Below are positions 40,201-64,000 of a DNA stretch of 64,000 bases, piece by piece. The notes under the pieces are model-generated. The model saw only the letters and a list, made by a program, of their open reading frames with translations. It did not search any database and was not told the DNA's origin. The stretch comes from Tubiluchus corallicola (lineage: Eukaryota; Animalia; Priapulida), in NCBI GenBank assembly GCA_030141605.1, contig JAQGDQ010000219.1:62001-126000 (forward strand), in the 5' to 3' direction. Made by a program: the position numbers and the translations under genes. Position 1 is the stretch's first letter; every line of letters begins with the position of its first letter.

Positions 40201-43200
40201 GTTTTTATATTGTACTATAAATATAGACGTAATAACAAAAAATGTAGGTTCTAATACTTACGACTCTTAGTTATTTGAATTATTGACGTTAACAGTTGAG
40301 TCTGCAGCTTTAATGCGTATTTATCTGTTTACTTATTCGTAGCGCATCACAGCTAAATGGTTTTATGTAATTTTATGGTATATTTGGGACTAGGTACTAA
40401 GGTAGTCGCGTTGCACAAATAGATGTTGCGTGCCCAAATACTGGCGCAGTTTAAATGTTGAGTCAAAGATCTGATAACATGTTCGTGGTTAAAATTTCGA
40501 CAATTTTGGTGTTTGAGTTCATTCAAATCATAAACATTTAGGTCAGTTAACTACCGTATATCAATAGCTTGTTTTGATGACCGGGTTAAAGTTCATCATT
40601 TAACTTGCAAAAGTCTCTGAACTGGATTAAACGAGCTAACGTCATTGTTACACAAACTCGGCAGACGTTACAAAACACGTAACTGCGAGCCTCGTGTTTA
40701 TGCGTTAAACACTAGTTCTTAAAGGCGGAAATTTGATGTATTATTTAGAAACCTGCTCTTTAAATTTAATAACCAAGAAACTGAAGAAAACGTTTGGATT
40801 TTCCATCAATAGCAGATAAATCCCACTTTATATGATCTTTTTTTAGAATAATTATTTTATTTATTATTATAGTTCTAGCTTGCGTTGCACCTAAAGTGAT
40901 ATACTTCACTGGGGGTAATAAAAACTTTAATATGCATAATGAATTGCGAGGCTGTAGCCATTAACTTTTATTATTACATAATTGCGGCATTCAAGCAGCG
41001 AAAGGATTTAAGATGATTCGTAATCGGTATCTCGATCGGCACCATAATGGTTTATGTTTCGTAATAACGAAGTACCTGTCATGACTTTATTACTACAGTT
41101 TTCTGAAAGTGATAATAGATTCTGCAACACATTGCTTTTGTTACTTTGAATACTAATAACTGAACCGAGAGTATCGGTTTTTAAAAAAAGGAAACATGGC
41201 GATAAAATGGCTGAGTGATCACGCTTTTTGCTTACCAACCGATGTTCAAGCCTGAACCTGTTAGCAAAACGGGGGGGGTATAAATACCCCCCCTTGGTGG
41301 TTTCATTGGTTATACAGCCTCTGCTATATACCCATCCGAGCACCTCGGTCTGGTATGCAGTAGTGTCTCACACTAGGTTATCTTTGGAATTCTGGAATTC
41401 TGGATCATTTACTCTGCATTAAGTACAGGATACCGGTTAGCAGTGTGACGAACTGCACATAAAAAGTGCGAAAATGTGAACGATAGTTCCAGTATGGTGT
41501 ATGATTATCCCTGAATTATATTTTAAAACTGGAAAGTCAGTTCAAGATCAGGTGGTTATCGTTACAGCTATAGAGCATTTCAAAGCAGTTTGCATTCTAG
41601 TATTTATTGTTTATTGCTTTTGCTTGCTAGAGTACGGATATTTTTACGTGTGAAATCTTCAAACCTTCCAGGGCTAATGATATCCCACAAATGTTTCTGA
41701 TTTGAATAAATTTCATCCATGCGCGCACAGCTCGTAATAATCTCGTCCAAATGCCGGTTCAGTTTTGAGCCTCATTCTGGTCACATTCTTTTTTTTTCTT
41801 AGCACAAATTGGCCGAGCTTATATGTTTTTTCTGAACACCACCATTTCTTATCATCAAAATCAGTATTAAAACTAATAATAACTATAATAACTAATAATA
41901 GCATTTGCTATATAACTTCTGACATTCACAGAAGTTATCCGATACATAATGATCATTCAGAACTATTTAGTGTTAAAAGAAGCCATTACTCTGACAACTT
42001 GAAGCTTGTTTATGTTTATTAACGAACCTAGAAGGTTGAAGCTGATTTGATTCTGAGTATTTTTGGATTTTGGTCCACAAAATAGAGTGGCGCTTCTATG
42101 TGCCACTTCTGTGCACCATTTATCTGCTCTTTGTACTGTCAGCTGACAAATTGGTGTTACTAGTTTGCCTGGACTGTGCGCTAAGCTTTCTTCCAGACAA
42201 GCAGGACGTCAAACTCAACCTGCTAGCACAAATACTGGATACAGTTTAAAATGCATTGATGTTGGGCCCTGGATGGACGACGAGTGACCCAAACCGAATT
42301 CAGAAACACGAGGAGTTGAGGTCTGTGCGGCCTGCGCAGGACATTGACCTATTGTAACGAAAAAGTCAATTATATATAAAAAGTGGAAATCCAATTAATA
42401 GAAGCCGCATTAGCCAATTAGAGAGAACGAATAAACAGAAATACTCGCCACTAGGAAAACTAAGTGGCTTCTGTTAATTAGTTTTCTACAGTTTGCTGTA
42501 TAAAAAGTGGTCAACAGAAGTTTATGAAGTCACTTTGACTATAACAACGCTGTGCACTGTGCAGTGTCCATGCTTACCACCCATCGTTGCAGTCATCGCC
42601 GTCAGCTACATTATCATCATCATCGTTATCGCTCTTAATCATTAAGAATAGTATTCAAGTTGGCTTTTAAAATTACTATTCTTTGAAATAACCAGACGCT
42701 TGGGTGAGAAACTTAGGCCCCTGTGAACTCCCTTTGTCTTCACCTGCCGGAGATGTCGCTAGTCTTTTGTAGGAACAATTTGATGAACAAAAAAGGAGCA
42801 ACTACCTGTACGTTTTTAGCTGTAAACCTAATATTACGGGCATTTAATGGGCAGTTAGAGAGCTGTTAGTGAACCAAAGATCCTAACTGACAAGCTAAGA
42901 ACATTGAGGATTAATATCCTAAACTTGTTTCGCTACACCATATGATGTGCGCGCCAAAAATGATTTGCCAATTGCAAAAGTCAGTATACGTGGTAGTGAA
43001 CTATGCAAAACAACAACTAAAAAACAATTAGCGACTTTGGATTATTACTTAGCAAGTAAAAAGTCAGTATGACAACTTTCCAGGAATTTTCCAGGATCAA
43101 AGAATTAAGTTGTATTGATTTATGAACCCAAATCGGCATTTGTTTTTATTAAAAAAGTCTTGGGTATTCGAAGAATGAGTTAACGATTCACTTCCGCTTT

Positions 43201-44071
43201 GGAATGACTCTGCACTGCTGTTTATACAATTGCTAGTGTATTGTTCACTCTCCAGAAACGCTTGTGTTATATTGTCAAAGCATGGCTATTGAAACTGTTC
43301 TGCTTGGGTTTTCCGCTTTGCATCGAGGCCCTTTTTATCGAAACTGAGCCTGGCTTCTTTCTGCCTTAATTCTCCGGCTTCTGGGAACTCTCGACACTAA
43401 CCGGTTGCCGCACGTCTGACATCGTGTGCGCATTCACCCGGCGTGCTCCTAGTCGAAACAACGCGTGTAAGATCTTCTCTGATAGGTGTAGTTGAAAAAC
43501 AGTTGTTGACAACGTGTTGCTGATGATGATAACTTGTTGCTGCCGCAAAGTCTGCCAGATTCCTACCAGCGATGACGCATCACGGGTTTCTCGCGCATCC
43601 TGATCATTTGTTGTTGTGTTCTCGAGGCGCCCTCAGATGTAACAACAGCTTCCGATTGGAAAGACATAACTGAGTAACTGTCTCTTACGTTCAGAAGTAT
43701 CTAAGTATTTGTTCGGCAACTTTGTAATAAGACTATTTTTGGAGTTGAAGTCAATCAGAATGGAAACTAATTTTTGTAACATTGTTGTAAATTGATGAGT
43801 TTTATTAAAGAGTGATTTTGTGAGCAACATTGGTCGCCAATGTTTTTTGTGCTTACAGGCATTTGTTAACTTGCGTCGCAAACTTGTGAAAAGGCATCGA
43901 CCTTTGCGAGTTCATAACGTTTTGAAGCGCTGACTGGATTACTATGTAACTCTTTAAAATTTGAGACAGCAAGACTCATTCAGGAACTGTCTTGATCTTC
44001 ATAAAAACAATATATTTTAACTTTGATATAGCGCCTCTGTGGTTCGTTACATTTGTTTAATGTAATATAGT

Positions 44072-59506
<15,435 letters not shown>

Positions 59507-62500
59507 GGCCATGGAGTAAGGTTAGGACAGGTTTTCTTTCCAAAAACCAAACACCTTATAAGAGCAACTTATTGCTCAGTTCTGTAGGTTACTCCATCTT
59601 GTTTATATCACAACTCTTACCCATTTATTTTAGCATGAAAAGCCGCTGAGCGGCACACATAACAGCGAGTACTGTTTAGTATTAACTGTACAAGTTTTCA
59701 TGACACTTCACAGAGGTAAATGAAGAACAAGTAATCGAGAGGTGCTTTTTGCTAACACTATTTGTGTTCAGATTTATTGCATTATTTATTTGTACATTTC
59801 TTGTAAATAGTTTTTCAGTTTTAGTCATTGTATAGTATTTATGTTTTGAATAGTTCCTAAAGCAGGGTCATTAACAAAATGGTGAGTAACAAGTTGAAAA
59901 GCTTTGTTATATGTAATATAGTGTATAATATATTTATTTAGAAAGCCAAATATGTTTGGCACAAGCATTAGCAAATGTTTTGCTAATGTACCATGAGAGA
60001 GTGCAATAAACTTATACTCAAATTTTATTTGTGCTCATCAAATACCAGTAGGATTGTTGGACAGTGAAGTAAATTGTTTTTATTTATTATCTGCTGATCG
60101 ATTAGTCATCCTGCTGAATCAGTTTCCTCTTTACGGTCTCAGAAAAGTTAAAACATCAATTTAATAAAAATGGATTTTAATCTGAAGCTCAAAAAACTCT
60201 CCTCAAGATCGTTTACGTGTTACTCCCATGCTAACTATTTATTAACAATTATTTAAACAGTCTCTTTAAAATTAAAGTGAGTTCTGAAAAAGACATAAAA
60301 AGATGAATAATGTACAAAGCACTAGCTTACAAATATAAATAATGGTTTTTGATTAATAAACTTACTCATAATTATTTTTCTGGTGTGATAACACACACAC
60401 AGGTATTGTGGTTATTGATATTACGGTAACTTTTGGCCTGTTGATGTAAACTACAGTGTGTACTTGAATTACTAACAAATTTTCGAACTTCAAAACACGA
60501 CTTAAAATTTGGTGATTTTAACTCGCTAAAAACGTTCTATGGTGTTTGGAGTCGTGATGCATCTATAACTGGATCTTAGCGTACCGAAACTCTTTTACTG
60601 TCACATGGTAACTAAATTATTATTTTTTAATTCAAGTCACCCGAACAGCATTTAACTGTCAGTGTTGTTGCCAAATTTTTGTTTAGTTTTTGTAAATAAG
60701 TTTGTATTTCTTTGATATTTTTTCTAATATTTAAATTATACATAATTATCATGCGATTTTCTTATTTTACATGGTCACATTTGACACTGTTATGTTCTTG
60801 GTACAAATTTAAATTTTTTTGAAACTGAGTAAAAAATTTTTCTGATATATGTAATATTTCCAGTGATTTCAGTTTACTATCAGCAATAAAAATGGCAGTT
60901 ATCATTTTGCCTTTGTGGATTTTCTGTTCTTAAACTTGATTTAACAACCACCTAACAGTGACCTGAACAAAACGTAGTCAAAAAGAAGACACAGTATGTA
61001 AATTATGAGACAGAAATATTCCTTGGGAATTAATTTATTATAGGAAAGGTAACAAACATGCATGGATGTCAAATACTGTGTCTACAGTTAAAATTAGGAT
61101 AAACATATACCAGGCCCCTTGAGAATATAATAGTGTAATGAACAGGCTAATTTCTATGTATGTGGAGATAAGTAAAAAAATTTAAATATGCCAAAAAATC
61201 AATTTGATAATTTCTGCGACAATTACAACTGTATTTGTTTCATGTTCGACAAGAAATGAAAATACCTGTTTGAGTTTAATTAGAAGCAAAGACAAAGGCA
61301 TTTTAATGGTAATTCATTATGTTATTAGTTAACAAATTAAAGATTTCTTTTAACACATTTTTTGTAAAATATAGGTGAAAAGTTAATACACATGTACACT
61401 AGCTTAGCAAAAACAAATTAGATTTTTTCATGGCTAAGCCTTTTTACAATCAATTGGAACATTTTAAACAAATAATATAGTCGGTAGCTGATAGAATTTT
61501 ATTTCGCAAGTATAGAGAAAAATATTTGAAATTTGTGGAAGACCCCCTTAATTATTTGTATTATATCCACGTTATATAAATTTGCACACATCATTCCTTG
61601 CTGTTAATTTTAAACCCTCAATCTGAATACACTGAGGGCTTAAACAATTTACAATACAATAAATGTTCAGAGATTGTGGCAGAGTTCCTGCATCATGAAT
61701 GTACAAACGGTCATCACTTGCAAATACTCGTCAGCACCATCATGAAGGCACTTGTCAGCTATCTGAAATTATGAATTAATCGACTTTTGTATTTTCATAA
61801 GCCTTATCATTAGCTAATGTAGAACCCAATCAATGCTGCTCTAACCAATGGGATGTACAATGAGTGAGATATTCAAGCTAGCAAGTAAATTATTTTTCCT
61901 CTGCAACATATTGGGCATGTGAAAGAAAACATCAAAAGCAACTGCTTAAAATAAGATCTAACTATGATTTGAATATGAGACATGGTGCCAAGCAGTGAAC
62001 ACATGTATCACTGAGTACAATACACATATGCTTTAGCACTCAATTATTTATCAGGGTGAATAAATTTGTCATATATGTCAATCAATAAGTAATATTAAAA
62101 ATTAGGCAAGCTACACAAAGTACACATAACCTTTAAAACAAATTATTGCTTGATTAGAAATACACAATTGTGGAATAAAACAGGTGCCTCGGCTTTAAAA
62201 CAAGCGTTCGTGTTATGCTAAGCAAATATTTTCATAAACGTATAAATGTGCAAAGGCAAGCACAGATTTAAAGATGACCCAGACTGATAAATACAATACA
62301 TATAACTTCTGGAAGAAATTGCCCCACAATGTACTAACAATCATTGACAAACAGCAGTAATATGTACTACAGCATCAAATCATAGATTCACTAAAATATG
62401 ACGTTAGCAGAACATAAAGTTTACTTGTGTCGTGATTTGCAAAGCAAATAGTGCATCAATGATAAATATGAAGGGTGCACGATAACATATACTACCTGTT

Positions 62501-62645
62501 ACTAGGCAAACTTTAGCTATTTAAATATAAAAATAACACTAATCTTGGGTTGTGTGACATTGAAAGATCAGAAAACGGCACAGAAAAGATTGCCGTGCAT
62601 TCTGTGATGGAAAGTTTTTAAGTCAAGAATAAGTAGGCAGCAAGC

Positions 62646-63402
62646 ATGCATATTCCATCCTTAAATAATAAAACTGGTTTAAAGCCAGTTAAAATGTGGG
62701 AATTAAGAGATGGTGAAGACACGCTAAGGGACGTAGAAATCAGCATAATCACTAATCAAGAAATACCAAAAAAGTACAACTTCTTGCTCAAAAATAGGCT
62801 TCCATTCGAAACGCAAGACATGTCAGTCCATATGAGAAGCTTGACGCATGAATGGTTCATCTCTTACTGGCACTGGTCAATATATTTAGGTGTCATGTAT
62901 GTGGCTGTCATATTCTGGTTGCAAAGAGCCATGAAAACACGAAGCAGGTTTGAAATGCGCAAAGTGCTATTTCTCTGGAGCTTTGGATTGTCCATTTTCA
63001 GCATTTTAGGAACATTTCGAAGTGTGCCAGAACTAGTGCATGTTCTCAAAGTGTACGGATTCAGCTACTCTGTGTGTGCAAACAGCTTTGGCTATGGCCT
63101 GCCTGGCATTTACACCATCGCATTCACCTTTTCTAAGATCCCAGAACTTCTTGACACTGTCTTTATTGTTCTTCGCAAGAAAAAATTGATCTTCCTTCAT
63201 TGGTACCATCATGCCACTGTGCTCGTGTACTCCTGGTACTGTTATAAAGTACAGACTGGTGCAGGAAGGTGGATCATCTCCATGAACTATTTAGTTCACA
63301 GCATGATGTATTTTTATTATGCTCTCCGAGCAGTACAAGTAAATGTTCCGAAGTTCGTCAACACCATCATTACGCTGATGCAAATAATTCAAATGATTTT
63401 GG
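62646..63402 (+). CDS. ELOVL6: Very-long-chain fatty acid elongase, ELOVL6/ELOVL3/baldspot type; 5' exon, 3' end outside the window
   Basis: Motifs LWSFGLSIFSILGTFRS, SKIPELLDTVFIVLRKKKLIFLHWYHH (His box), MNYLVHSMMYFYY, ITLMQIIQM. Donor G|GTAAGT after 63402 (phase 1); the last TM helix and dilysine tail were not found in the window. The start could be 62646 or 62694. Exact paralog is uncertain. Confidence 0.88.
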
Positions 63403-63847
63403 GTAAGTACACTTCAGCATTAAAAACTGCCATATAATATGTCGCTGTTCATCAAATATCACTTTACAAGTTATATGAAATCTACCACACTGTGGATATA
63501 ACAACTTAAAAACAACAACTTAACAGTCCTGCAATTGTTTGTAAGTTTATAAAGTAAGCTATGCACATTTTCAGGTGGCAATTTTTTAACTTGCTTTCAA
63601 AAACAAGCTCTTACTGCATGAGAATCTCAGCCTTAACAAAACACAAAAAATAAATAAAATAAACATGCTCATTGGCATTTCTTTAGAATTTTTTTAGATC
63701 ATAAATGCCAGTAGTTATGTTTATTACACCATTGATGATTTCGTTTTTTCAGCATAATTACATGACCTATCCATGCGCAGCAATGTGACCCTCAACATAA
63801 TATCAGGTCCATAATCCCTCAATACGGAAATTATATAGGATTAAAAC

Positions 63848-64000
63848 TAGTGGTGCGCAACTCATTTCAGCTCCATTCGCACTCCAATGACATCGCAAAT
63901 TCTCATTCGCACCACCCCAAATGCAAGGCGCTAATTTAATGCTGTTTTTCCAGGAAATTTCAGTAAAAATACGTTAGGACCGGCAGAAGTAGTCTGCACA
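63848..64000. mobile_element. Possible left end of a hAT-like element, truncated by the window edge
   Basis: Begins TAGTGGTGCGCAACTC with repeated CATTCGCAC motifs and a local GC rise. The partner TIR is not visible. Confidence 0.3.

Noticed and set aside
59507-59530. Possible 3' UTR intron donor (GA|GTAAGG) just after the PRKX stop
   Set aside because: No matching acceptor could be singled out; it cannot be supported without transcripts.

Overview
Eukaryotic, AT-rich, intron-rich animal DNA, most likely a bilaterian invertebrate; the species cannot be determined. Four protein-coding genes were reconstructed by hand from GT-AG junctions and reading-frame phase. (1) UPRT on the minus strand, 6 exons, 227 aa. 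(2) The mitochondrial ABC transporter ABCB7 on the plus strand, about 17 exons, head-to-head with UPRT with start codons about 300 bp apart. (3) A PRKX/Pka-C3-type kinase on the plus strand with two mutually exclusive first coding exons about 12.6 kb apart. (4) The 5' part of an ELOVL6/baldspot-like elongase. Introns hold many non-autonomous DNA transposons (hAT-like with 8-bp TSDs, pogo/Tigger-like, Harbinger-like, foldback), LINE tails and tRNA-derived SINE-like units. The most unusual signal is two inverted-repeat, Penelope-like inserts carrying minimal hammerhead ribozyme motifs. In both, the copy in the host gene's sense orientation has lost the catalytic GAAA while the antisense copy keeps it. 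No prokaryotic system or CRISPR array is present, and most entries in the ORF track are spurious.
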